NCBI GenBank assembly: GCA_963786105.1
Contig: CAWAXX010000002.1
Span: forward strand, 1 to 64,000
DNA length: 64,000 bases
Source: Vulcanimicrobiota bacterium
GTDB taxonomy: Bacteria > Vulcanimicrobiota > Vulcanimicrobiia > Vulcanimicrobiales > Vulcanimicrobiaceae
Reading direction: 5' to 3'
How positions within the stretch are numbered: position 1 is the first letter of the stretch; each line of letters opens with the position of its first letter. Both the position numbers and the translations under genes were made by a program. The notes under the pieces were generated by a model. The model made no database searches, was not told the origin of the DNA, and saw only the letters and a list, made by a program, of their open reading frames with translations. This document shows, piece by piece, positions 55,414 through 64,000 of this stretch.

Positions 55414-56448
55414 ATGCCCACGTCCACGTCATACCGGCGCTGCTTGCCGGCCCTCGCCCTGGTTGCCGGCCTCGCCACCGGATGCGCGGGACAGCAAACC
55501 GCTTCAAACGGCTTCGTGCCGCAGACCGCCATGCCCAAGGGCGTCCCGCTCATGAGTGACGCGACTCAGCTCGACGGTCTCGTCCAGCCGGACTCCAAGA
55601 TCCACATTTTCACCGTGAACCGCGAAAACGGTGGTAGCGTCGTTGCATTCCTTAAGAGTGCATCGGGCGACGTCGCGCCTGCTCGGAAGATTGCTGGGCC
55701 AAGGACGACGCTGACCGATCCTGATGCGCTCGCCTTAGATGCTTCGGGAAACATTTACGCGGCGAACGACGGCGGCACGCGAGTCGCGGTGTTCGCCAAC
55801 GATGCTAACGGCAACCGGAAGCCGCTGCGAATGATCGGTGGCTCGAAGTCGCATCTCGGTCCGACCGAGGGTCTTATGGTCGCACCGTCGGGCAGCCTCT
55901 GGGCGAGCAGCTACAGCAATAACACGCTTGCCGAATATGCCGCCGGCGCTAAGGGCAATGTTGCGCCGATCCACACGATCGCCGGAAGCAAAACGGAACT
56001 GGACTCACCGGTTGGAATGGCCATGGACTCGAGTGACCGGCTCTTTGTGGCGAACACCGATTCGGCGTCGATCCTGGTTTATAAGAATGGTTCCAACGGG
56101 AATGTTGCGCCGGTGATGTCGATCTCGGGAAGCAACACCGGCCTTGGCCGGCCGTTTGCCCTTGCGTTTGATTCCAACGGACGCCTACTGGTTGCCGACG
56201 AGTTCGTTGGCGTCCTCGTCTTCGCCAAGGGCGCGAGCGGCGACGTTGCTCCCGTTGCAAAGATAACCGGATTCGGCTACGCCGACGGCGTCGTCGCCGA
56301 CGCTCAGGATCACATCTACGTTGCGGATTTCAACGGCAACTCGATCAAGGAGTTTGCGAGCAATGCCGACGGCAACGCGACGCCGATGCGCACGATTGAA
56401 GGTTTCAAGACGGGGCTCAACGGGGCAAACTACCTAGCGCTGCACTAG
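55414..56448 (+). CDS. NHL-repeat beta-propeller lipoprotein (paralog of 19541-20581)
   Basis: AAGGAG SD, lipobox ATGC, the same GNVAP..I.GS.T.L..P repeats. Confidence 0.85.
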   Translation: MPTSTSYRRCLPALALVAGLATGCAGQQTASNGFVPQTAMPKGVPLMSDATQLDGLVQPDSKIHIFTVNRENGGSVVAFLKSASGDVAPARKIAGPRTTLTDPDALALDASGNIYAANDGGTRVAVFANDANGNRKPLRMIGGSKSHLGPTEGLMVAPSGSLWASSYSNNTLAEYAAGAKGNVAPIHTIAGSKTELDSPVGMAMDSSDRLFVANTDSASILVYKNGSNGNVAPVMSISGSNTGLGRPFALAFDSNGRLLVADEFVGVLVFAKGASGDVAPVAKITGFGYADGVVADAQDHIYVADFNGNSIKEFASNADGNATPMRTIEGFKTGLNGANYLALH

Positions 56449-56519
56449 GGCGCCGAAAATAGGCGTTACCAGGCGCGGCGGCTTGCAACCGCGCTCGGTA
56501 ACGCCGAGTCGTTAACCGT

Positions 56520-57197
56520 ATGAAAATAGGAATTATCGGCGCTGGGAATATCGGCGGCACGCTGACGCGGCGCTTTCGCCAGCTGGGATACGACGTATCG
56601 GTTGCAAACTCGCGCGGGCCTCAAACGCTCGCCGATCTCGCCGGGGAGACCGGGGCGAAGGCGGTCACGCCGCACGAGGCGGCGCGTGACCGGGACGTCG
56701 TCGTCGTGACCATTCCGGACAAGAATATTCCGGATTTGCCGGCCGATCTGTTTGCCGGCGTTCCCAACGACGTCGTAGTGATCGATACCGGAAACTATTA
56801 TCCGCAACAGCGCGACGGTAGGCTGCCGGGAATCGAAGAAGCGCCCAGCGAGAGCCGCTGGGTCTCGCAAAAGCTCGGGCGCTCGGTCGTCAAAGCGTTC
56901 AACAACATCTACGCGCAACATTTGCACGACGACGGAAAACCGAAAGGAACCCCGGGCCGCATCGCGCTTCCGGTTTCGGGCGACGACCCGCGGGCAAAGG
57001 CCATCGTGATGGAACTCGTCGACGCGCTCGGCTTCGACCCGATCGATGCGGGCAGCATCGACGATTCATGGCGCCAGCAGCCCGGAACGCCGGTTTACGG
57101 CACGGACTTCGACGCGCACGGCGTGCGTGACGCGTTAGCAAAAGCGTCGCCGGAACGTACCCCGGACTGGAAAGGCACCGATAGCGGCATCTCATGA
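56520..57197 (+). CDS. NADPH-dependent F420 reductase-like (F420_oxidored) protein
   Basis: IGAGNIG, ANSRGP, IDTGNYYP.RDG, VKAFNNI, SWRQQPGTP. Confidence 0.88.
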   Translation: MKIGIIGAGNIGGTLTRRFRQLGYDVSVANSRGPQTLADLAGETGAKAVTPHEAARDRDVVVVTIPDKNIPDLPADLFAGVPNDVVVIDTGNYYPQQRDGRLPGIEEAPSESRWVSQKLGRSVVKAFNNIYAQHLHDDGKPKGTPGRIALPVSGDDPRAKAIVMELVDALGFDPIDAGSIDDSWRQQPGTPVYGTDFDAHGVRDALAKASPERTPDWKGTDSGIS

Positions 57198-57574
57198 AGA
57201 GCGTTTTGGTAATCGGCCTCGAGCCGACGATCATCAATTTTTCATCGCCCGACTTTGCCGCGCTTTCGGGCGTAACCGCGGCTACGATCGCGGCGGGACT
57301 CAAGGCCGACGAAGCGCGCCTGAAAAGCCTCGGCTACGACCCGGAAATGTGCCTGGTGGACTTTGGTGAAACCGCGGAATCCGTCGTTCGACAACGACTG
57401 AGCGAGAAGCGCTTCGACTGCATCGTAATCGGCGCCGGCGTTCGCACGATGCCTAGCCAGTTCTTCTTGTTCGAGAAGCTCGTCAACATCGTCCACGCAG
57501 GCGCTCCTCAAGCGAAGCTCTGCTTCAACACGAAGCCCACCGACACGGCTGAGGCGGTGGAACGATGGATCTAG
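57194..57574 (+). CDS. Conserved hypothetical protein
   Basis: ATGA overlap. DCIVIGAGVR, FEKLVN, FNT.P.DT.EAV.RW pattern. Confidence 0.75.
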   Translation: MKSVLVIGLEPTIINFSSPDFAALSGVTAATIAAGLKADEARLKSLGYDPEMCLVDFGETAESVVRQRLSEKRFDCIVIGAGVRTMPSQFFLFEKLVNIVHAGAPQAKLCFNTKPTDTAEAVERWI

Positions 57575-57624
57575 CACCGATTCCTTAAGCGGTTCGCGCG
57601 CCTCGGCGGGCGAAGGGTAGCGGC

Positions 57625-60366
57625 GTGACGCTTCCGAGTGGCACCCTGACTTTCGTGTTCACCGACATCGAAGGCAGCACGCAACGGTGGGAACGTGAGC
57701 CGGCCGCGATGCGGACGGCAGTCCGGCGGCACGACGACCTGCTGCATGCGGCCATCGTCGAACACGACGGGTACGTTTTCAAAACGATCGGCGACGCGTT
57801 CTGCGCGGCGTTCGCTCGTCCCGGTGAGGCGCTTGCTGCGGCCTTGACGCTGCAGCGCGCGCTAGCGGCCGAGGACTTTGTGGCAGTCGAGGGGCTACGC
57901 GTGCGCGCGGCGGTGCACACCGGAACCGCCGACGAACGCGACGGCGACTATTTCGGTCCTACCCTCAATCGCACGGCGCGATTGCTGGCGATTGGCAACG
58001 GCGGCCAAGTTTTGATTTCCGGTGTGACCGCAGCGCTGGTTCAGACGGAGTTGCCGCCTGAAGCGTCGTTGCGCGATCTCGGCGAGCATCGGCTGCGCGA
58101 CCTTGCGCGGCCCGAAAACGTTTACCAGTTGGTGGCGCCCGGTCTCGCCGTCGAGTTCCCGCCATTGCGTTCGCTCGACGCGCGCCGCAACAACTTACCG
58201 CTGCAGTTGAAGTCGTTCGTCGGCCGCCAGCGAGAGATCGCCGAGATCGCGGCGCTGATCGACAAACACCGGCTGGTCACGCTTGTTGGTCCGGGCGGTG
58301 TCGGCAAAACGCGAACCTCGTTGCAAGTCGCGGCGAATTTGCTCGACGTCTCCGGCGACGGCGTGTGGTTCATCGAACTCGCGCCGCTGTCGAGCGGCGA
58401 GTACGTTCCCACGACGATTGCCGACGCGGTCGGCCTGACGCTGCCCGCCGAAGGCGATCCGCTGAGCAATCTCGCGAACGCGCTGAAGGGAAAGAAGGCG
58501 CTGCTCGTGTTCGACAACTGCGAGCACATCGTCGAGGCTGCGGCGCGCGTCATCGGCACGATACTCCGGGTGTGTCCGAACGTCAAGATCCTCGCATCGA
58601 GCCGCCAAAGCCTCGATATCGACGGTGAAGACGTCTACCGAATGCCGTCGCTCGAAATGCCGCGCGAGGGCGACGACCGGCTGCGACCGGCCGAGGCGAT
58701 GGAGTCGGCGGCGGTCGCGTTATTCGTCGACCGGGCGCGCGCCGTCGACAATCGGTTCGCGCTCACCGACGACAACGCGCCGATCGTTGCGGACATTTGC
58801 CGCCGGCTCGACGGGATTCCGCTGGCGATCGAACTCGCGGCGGCGCGCGCACAGGTACTGAGTCCGAAACAACTCCGCGAGCGATTGAACGAACGATTTC
58901 GCTTGCTGACGGGTGGGAGCCGCGATGCATTGCCCCGGCAGCAAACGCTGCGCGCGGCGATCGACTGGAGCCACGACCTTCTCGACGAGGCCGAGCGCGC
59001 GCTCTTCCGGCGGCTCGGCATCTTCGTCAACGGCTTCACGTTGGAGGGCGCCGTTGCGGCCGGCGGCGGCGAGGAAGCCGACGTGCTGGACCTCCTTGCG
59101 TCGCTCGTCAGCAAGTCGCTGGTACTCGCCGAACCCGACCGCGACTCGCAACGTTACCGGTTCTTGGAATCGACGCGGGTGTACGCGTTGGAGAAACTCG
59201 CGGGTGCGAACGAACGCGAACTAGTTGCGGGCCTTCATTTACGGTATCTCCGCGATCGCTTTGCGGTGCTGTGGGAGCGACGCGAGCAGACCGGCGGCCA
59301 GACCGATCTGGCGGCGGCGGTGCAGACGGAGCTCGAGGACGTGCGGTCGGCGCTCGACGGCGCGCCCGAACGCTCGGATACCGTCGCCGGTGGTGAGCTT
59401 CTATCGAACGTCGACGTCGCGTGGGCTGCCCTCGGACTCTACGCCGAGGGTATCGCGCGCATCGAGCGGTATCTCACGGCGCTTCCCGGCGACGAGTCGC
59501 AACTGCTCGCGCAACTGTCGGCGGCACTCTCATTTCTGATGGCGGAAGCCGGCCAAAAGATGCGCGCCGTCGAGGCGGCGCGGGTGGCCGTCGAACGGGC
59601 ACGCGCGAGCGGCGACGCTGCGATTCTCGCGAGGGCGCTGGTGTATCGTAGCCGTCTTGCCACGAAGGTCGGCAGCTTTGAGGAGGCGGCGGAGGCGTTA
59701 GCCGAAGCCGAGACGATGGGAATGTCGCCGTACCGAAGGCTCGTGTTACTCGAAGCGCGGGCGGCGTTGGCGTTTTTCAGCGGCGACCGTGAGGCCTCGG
59801 TCCCGGTGTTCGAGCGATTGCGCAAGGCGTACCGTTCGCTTGGAAACCCGCGCTTAGAGATCGTGTCGGCCATGAATCTCGCGGAGGTCGAGTTCGCGCT
59901 CGGTCGCACGCAGCGAGCGATCGCGATCGTGAACGAAATCATTCCGGTCGCGCGCTCGAGCGGCGATCCCGGCATGGTGACGTACGCGCTGTACAACCTC
60001 GCCGGCTACCTCATCGCGGCGGACGATCTTAACGGCGCCGTCGCGGCGGCGCGCGAAACGATTGAGATTCGCCTGAAACGCGAGCCGGATCATCCCGAAA
60101 TCCCAGTTGTGCTCGAGCACTTGGCGCTCGTCATCATGCTGCGCGGCGATGCGGCGCGCGCGGCTGTGCTCGAAGGCTACGTCGACGCCGCCTTCGAGCG
60201 CGTCGATTTCGAGCGCGAAGTGACCGAGGCGATGACCCACGATCGCCTAATGGCGTTGCTGGACGAAAGTCTCGCAGCGGACGAACGCGCGAGGCTCATG
60301 GCGGATGGCGCCGCGCTCGCGCTGGAAGCGGCGGTCGCACTCGCACTCGACGGAGGGTTGCGTTGA
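57625..60366 (+). CDS. Class III nucleotide cyclase-STAND ATPase-TPR protein (paralog of 25239-27980)
   Basis: FTDIEGST, KTIGD, DYFG..LNR..RL, GPGGVGKT, FDNCEH, LDGIPLAIELAA, TPR tail. Confidence 0.9.
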   Translation: MTLPSGTLTFVFTDIEGSTQRWEREPAAMRTAVRRHDDLLHAAIVEHDGYVFKTIGDAFCAAFARPGEALAAALTLQRALAAEDFVAVEGLRVRAAVHTGTADERDGDYFGPTLNRTARLLAIGNGGQVLISGVTAALVQTELPPEASLRDLGEHRLRDLARPENVYQLVAPGLAVEFPPLRSLDARRNNLPLQLKSFVGRQREIAEIAALIDKHRLVTLVGPGGVGKTRTSLQVAANLLDVSGDGVWFIELAPLSSGEYVPTTIADAVGLTLPAEGDPLSNLANALKGKKALLVFDNCEHIVEAAARVIGTILRVCPNVKILASSRQSLDIDGEDVYRMPSLEMPREGDDRLRPAEAMESAAVALFVDRARAVDNRFALTDDNAPIVADICRRLDGIPLAIELAAARAQVLSPKQLRERLNERFRLLTGGSRDALPRQQTLRAAIDWSHDLLDEAERALFRRLGIFVNGFTLEGAVAAGGGEEADVLDLLASLVSKSLVLAEPDRDSQRYRFLESTRVYALEKLAGANERELVAGLHLRYLRDRFAVLWERREQTGGQTDLAAAVQTELEDVRSALDGAPERSDTVAGGELLSNVDVAWAALGLYAEGIARIERYLTALPGDESQLLAQLSAALSFLMAEAGQKMRAVEAARVAVERARASGDAAILARALVYRSRLATKVGSFEEAAEALAEAETMGMSPYRRLVLLEARAALAFFSGDREASVPVFERLRKAYRSLGNPRLEIVSAMNLAEVEFALGRTQRAIAIVNEIIPVARSSGDPGMVTYALYNLAGYLIAADDLNGAVAAARETIEIRLKREPDHPEIPVVLEHLALVIMLRGDAARAAVLEGYVDAAFERVDFEREVTEAMTHDRLMALLDESLAADERARLMADGAALALEAAVALALDGGLR

Positions 60367-61637
60367 GAACGATGATGTTTCTGGCGGTGGTCCTCGTGGC
60401 GGCCGCATCACCCGCGGCCAGTCCGCAAAATGCGGCACGGCAGTTTCACGAAATTCAATCGCAGATGCGGCAGGCACACAAGCGCGGAGACTGGGTAGCG
60501 TTTCGAACCGACGCACGCGGCCTCGTGCAATTCCTCAACGGATCGCCCGATGCTTTGGTGGAACTCGCGCGCGCAGACGTCCACACCGGCGACCCACATG
60601 GTGCGCTGGATAACCTCCAAAAGTTCGCCGGTATGGGGCAGTCGCTCGACGTGCTAAGGACGCTCCCCGACTTCGAAGCCCTTCACGCGCAAAGCCGCTT
60701 CCAGCGCTTTTTGCAAACCATGGACGCGAACGTGCGGCCGCTGTCGCACGCAGAGCGGGCACTCGTCATCCCGGAGCCCGGGCTGTTGCCTGAAGACGTC
60801 GACTACGATGCCGGCAGTCAACGCTTCTTCCTCACGAGCGTGCTCGAGAAGAAGATCGTTACGCTGGATTCGCAGGGACGCCTCGCGGATTTTGCGCCGG
60901 CGCCCGATTCCTGGCCGATGTTGGGTCTGAAAGTCGACACGAAGCACGGCGTGGTTTTGGCGACGGAGGTGGCGCTGGACGGCTTCACCTCGGTTCCCAA
61001 ACGCGATTGGGGACGTTCGGCCGTCGTGCTCTACGATCTCAAAACGGGAACGCTCCTGCGACGCATCGAGGGACCGCGCCCAAGCGCATTCGGCGACCTG
61101 GCGTTATCGCCAAACGGCGACGCGCTGGTTTCCGACGGCGAAGGAGGCGGCGTGTACGCGATACGCCGGGAAAGCGGCGTCATGGAGCGCGTAGACGACG
61201 GGCAGTTTATCTCACCGCAGACGCCGGGCTACATTTCCGATGGCAACCACGCCTTCGTGCCCGATTACGTGCGCGGCATCGGCGTTCTCGACCTCGTCGC
61301 GAAGAGCGTGCGGTGGATTCCGATGGACGATCGCTTTGCGCTGGAAGGGATCGACGGCTTATACGTATCGGGTAACGAGCTCGTAGCGGTGCAGAACGGT
61401 ACGTCCCCCGAACGCGTCATCGCGTTCACGCTCGATACCGCTATGGACCGCGTCGTTTCCGAGCGGTCCATAGAATCCGCGACGCCCGCTCTCGACCCAA
61501 CCCACGGCGCGCTCGTCGGAGATTGGTTCTACTACATCGCGAATTCGGGTTGGAACCAACTCGCGAACGACGGCACGGTAAAAAAGGGCGCCTCGCTGAC
61601 TCCCGCGCGCATCATGCGCTCGCAGGTGCCGCACTAG
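60363..61637 (+). CDS. Secreted protein: helical N-domain plus SMP-30/gluconolactonase-like beta-propeller
   Basis: TTGA overlap, signal peptide, LPEDV.YD, GDLA, SPQ, GIDGL, VQNG..P.RV, DPT, YIANSGW. Confidence 0.75.
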   Translation: MRTMMFLAVVLVAAASPAASPQNAARQFHEIQSQMRQAHKRGDWVAFRTDARGLVQFLNGSPDALVELARADVHTGDPHGALDNLQKFAGMGQSLDVLRTLPDFEALHAQSRFQRFLQTMDANVRPLSHAERALVIPEPGLLPEDVDYDAGSQRFFLTSVLEKKIVTLDSQGRLADFAPAPDSWPMLGLKVDTKHGVVLATEVALDGFTSVPKRDWGRSAVVLYDLKTGTLLRRIEGPRPSAFGDLALSPNGDALVSDGEGGGVYAIRRESGVMERVDDGQFISPQTPGYISDGNHAFVPDYVRGIGVLDLVAKSVRWIPMDDRFALEGIDGLYVSGNELVAVQNGTSPERVIAFTLDTAMDRVVSERSIESATPALDPTHGALVGDWFYYIANSGWNQLANDGTVKKGASLTPARIMRSQVPH

Positions 61638-61643
61638 CGCACG

Positions 61644-62723
61644 TCAGTACGCAAGCTTGTCGACCTGGTTGCCGCTAATGTTCGTGAACCAGATGGTCCG
61701 CCCAACTCCGGCTGCGATCCCTCCGGGCGTTACCGAGCATTGGCTGCCACATCCCGGAATGGGGTATTCCGTTGCCGAGCCGCCGGTCGTTATTCGCCCG
61801 ACTTCGTTGGCCTCTTGCACCGTGAACCACAGGGCACCATCGTTCCCCACGGTGATAAAGGCCGGCGCACCAAAGTGCTGACCGATGCCGCTTAAGGAGT
61901 ATTCCGTGATCTTGCCGGCCGTCGTAACGCGCCCGATAAGGTTGCTGGATGCGCCGGTGTACCACAAGTTCCGATCGGGGCCGCCGACGATGCCGTAAGG
62001 TTGTTCCGATTGGGTCGGCACCGTATATTCTCTCCACGCACCCGCAGCGGTGATGCGGCCGATTTTTCCGGTTCCGGTGGGACATTGTTCGGCGACCCAA
62101 ACGTTCTTGTCCGAACCGATCGTGATGCCGTATGGCGAGCAATACTTCGTCGGCGCTAAGAACGTTTTGTACTTGCTTCCAACGATGTGCCCAACCTCGT
62201 AGTTGCCCGGGTCGCTAAACCAAATCGAACCATCCTTGGCTTGCTTCAAGAAATAGATGGCGTTGACCGGCGGTCCGGCGAGGTTCTTGATTTTCAGCGT
62301 GCCGCCGCTCGAGGTGCCGAGTTGCTCTCCGCCGTTGTGCTGGAGACCGAAGTAGACCGTGCCGTTGTTGCCGCCGGTGATGCCGACCGGTCCGGTGGCC
62401 CCCGTAGCCGGTGTAACTTTCGTAAAGTGGCCCGCTTCGGAGATCTGCCAAAGATACGTCGTCTTGCCGGCGCCCTGATTGAGCACTGGCTGCGTTGCGA
62501 ACAGGTTCCCGTTCGCACCCAGCGCGATGTCGTAGGGATCCACGTTGGTGGTCGGGACCTTATAGGCGGTAATTTTGGTTGTATCCGGGAGCACGGCGTC
62601 CGTCGACGGCGCCCCATACGAAACTTTTGGATACAGGGCTGTTCCTGACGACGACCCGCAGGCCGCTAGTGCTGTCAACGTCAACGCCGTCGATACCTCG
62701 CGCCAACTCAATCTCGAACGCAT
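61644..62723 (-). CDS. Vgb-like beta-propeller lipoprotein
   Basis: GAGGAGG SD, lipobox LAAC, repeats P.GI..G.D..LWFT....IGRIT..G..TEY. Confidence 0.85.
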   Translation of the reverse strand: MRSRLSWREVSTALTLTALAACGSSSGTALYPKVSYGAPSTDAVLPDTTKITAYKVPTTNVDPYDIALGANGNLFATQPVLNQGAGKTTYLWQISEAGHFTKVTPATGATGPVGITGGNNGTVYFGLQHNGGEQLGTSSGGTLKIKNLAGPPVNAIYFLKQAKDGSIWFSDPGNYEVGHIVGSKYKTFLAPTKYCSPYGITIGSDKNVWVAEQCPTGTGKIGRITAAGAWREYTVPTQSEQPYGIVGGPDRNLWYTGASSNLIGRVTTAGKITEYSLSGIGQHFGAPAFITVGNDGALWFTVQEANEVGRITTGGSATEYPIPGCGSQCSVTPGGIAAGVGRTIWFTNISGNQVDKLAY

Positions 62724-62762
62724 GAGATTTCCTCCTCGTAGAAAAACCAGTGATGCGCCGTC

Positions 62763-62847
62763 AACGTACGCCGGCACCGTCTAACCAGCGTCTAGGCCGC
62801 CGGCGCCGGTAGACGGTGCGTAGACGGACGTGCGGCACGCTGGCAGG
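62763..62847. promoter_or_regulatory. Mirror-symmetric divergent promoter with 11-bp-phased TAGACG direct repeats
   Basis: CGTCTA at 62778 and 62789, TAGACG at 62810 and 62821. Each pair is followed after 9 nt by a -10-like hexamer (TACGTT minus 62763-62768; CACGCT plus 62836-62841). Confidence 0.7.
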
Positions 62848-63072
62848 GTGCAACGCAAGCGCAGCGAGCATCTCTTCATCGTCCGTCTCTGGCGAGAGGA
62901 AGACGGCGAGCACGGAACCTGGCGCGGATTCATCGAGCACGTCGCCACCCGCAATCGCCGGTATTTTAGCGATCTGGCGGCATTAACGTCGTACATCAGC
63001 ACCCAAATCGCGCACCCGGGAGCGTCATCGGGGGAATTGGCCGGGGCTCATGACGGCCAAACGGACGTGTGA
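62848..63072 (+). CDS. 74-aa uncharacterised protein (FIVRLW..WRG.IEHV motif)
   Basis: Compact beta-beta-beta-alpha pattern. GTG lies 6 nt after CACGCT, directly upstream of the BTAD gene. Alternative start 62830. Confidence 0.7.
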   Translation: MQRKRSEHLFIVRLWREEDGEHGTWRGFIEHVATRNRRYFSDLAALTSYISTQIAHPGASSGELAGAHDGQTDV

Positions 63073-63084
63073 TACTCTCGATTG

Positions 63085-64000
63085 GTGGGCGCACGAGATC
63101 GCCGCCAAGGCGTGTCGGCAGCCGGCCTGCGCATACGCCTGTTCGGAACCGCGCAGTTCTCGGCCGGTCAAGAAACGTGGCCGTTCCGTGCCCCGCCACG
63201 GACGTTGCCGTTGCTCGCATACCTCGTGCTGCATCGCGCCAAGCCGGTCAGGCGCGACATGGCGGCGTTCGCGCTCTGGCCCGACGACGACGAAACGTCG
63301 GCGCGCGCTAATTTGCGGCGCCACTTGCACTACCTGCAGAACGCGCTTCCCGAATCGCCGCTGGCCCGGCCATGGGTTTTAGTCGACGGTCGAAGCTCCG
63401 TTGGTTGGAACCCGCGTGCCGATTGCGAGATCGACGTCGTCGAGTTCGAGCGGCTGAGCGGCAGCGAAGCCTCTCGCGAGAGCGCCGATGCGCTATACCG
63501 CGGGGAGCTTCTTGCCGACCTCAGCGATGAGTGGATTCTGTACGACCGCGAGCGTTTACGCGACACCGCGCTGACGAATCTGGAGCGGCTGATAACGTCG
63601 GCGCGCCGAGATGGTGATTTTGCGCGGGCGTTGCACTACGCGCAGCGGCTATCGGCAATCGATCCGTGGCGTGAAGATGCGGTTCGACACGCCATGGAGC
63701 TCCGCTATGCCGCCGGCGACCGTGCCGGTGCGCTCGCCGAGTTCGAAAAGTTCGCGATGCGTTTGCGCGAGGAGCTCGACGCCGACCCGATGCCGGAAAC
63801 CGTCGCATGTTACGAGTCGATCGGTCGCAACGCGCCGGTGCTGCAACCGCCCCTCGATGAGGCCGAAGTCGATGGCACGGCGACCGAACCAAAGTGGGAG
63901 CTGCCGTTTGTCGGGCGGGAAACCGAATTGGAACGGCTGCGCGTCTGGTGGACGCGCTCGGCACGCGGCGGTGGAACGTTGGGATTGGTATGCGGGGAAG
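63085..64000 (+). CDS. SARP-like wHTH-BTAD-STAND regulator (3' end outside window; absent from ORF track)
   Basis: Manual translation gives LRIRLFG, LLAYLVLH, LWPDDDE.SARANLR, LYRGELL, DPWRE, PMPET, PFVGRE, ending at GE of Walker A. Start is 63082, 63085 or 63112. Confidence 0.9.
   Translation, partial: MGARDRRQGVSAAGLRIRLFGTAQFSAGQETWPFRAPPRTLPLLAYLVLHRAKPVRRDMAAFALWPDDDETSARANLRRHLHYLQNALPESPLARPWVLVDGRSSVGWNPRADCEIDVVEFERLSGSEASRESADALYRGELLADLSDEWILYDRERLRDTALTNLERLITSARRDGDFARALHYAQRLSAIDPWREDAVRHAMELRYAAGDRAGALAEFEKFAMRLREELDADPMPETVACYESIGRNAPVLQPPLDEAEVDGTATEPKWELPFVGRETELERLRVWWTRSARGGGTLGLVCGE

Noticed and set aside
61644..62723. Streptogramin resistance gene vgb
   Set aside because: Only the propeller repeat is shared. 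This is a lipoprotein, and I could not verify the lyase catalytic residues.

Overview
High-GC bacterial chromosome segment, densely coding (about 53 genes). I saw no rRNA, tRNA, CRISPR array or transposase. The gene content (TonB-dependent receptor, many LAxC-lipobox beta-propeller lipoproteins, several STAND regulators, form I CO dehydrogenase) suggests a diderm soil bacterium, probably Ca. Eremiobacterota/Vulcanimicrobiota (inference only). Main blocks: sugar porter-ADH-Gre-GT2 operon; hydantoinase/oxoprolinase A/B; TM0106-type nuclease-SF1 helicase; PNGase A-family lipoprotein; CHASE3-PP2C/STAS/RsbW partner switch; a complete form I cox operon (coxMSL with AYRCSFR, coxG, xdhC-YHS, coxD, coxE, xdhC, mocA); a TonB receptor-FAD oxidase-APC permease operon; two cyclase-STAND-TPR genes; and two SARP/BTAD-STAND genes. 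The most notable unannotated signal is that both SARP/BTAD-STAND genes sit head-to-head with a beta-propeller lipoprotein gene. At 62763-62848 the spacer is a mirror-symmetric bidirectional promoter candidate (TAGACG-N5-TAGACG-N9-[-10] on each strand) that also precedes an uncharacterised 74-aa protein. Other signals: a TGTC/CGTC-tagged REP family including a nested palindromic composite, probable leaderless promoters, and two apparent -1 homopolymer frameshifts that may be assembly errors.
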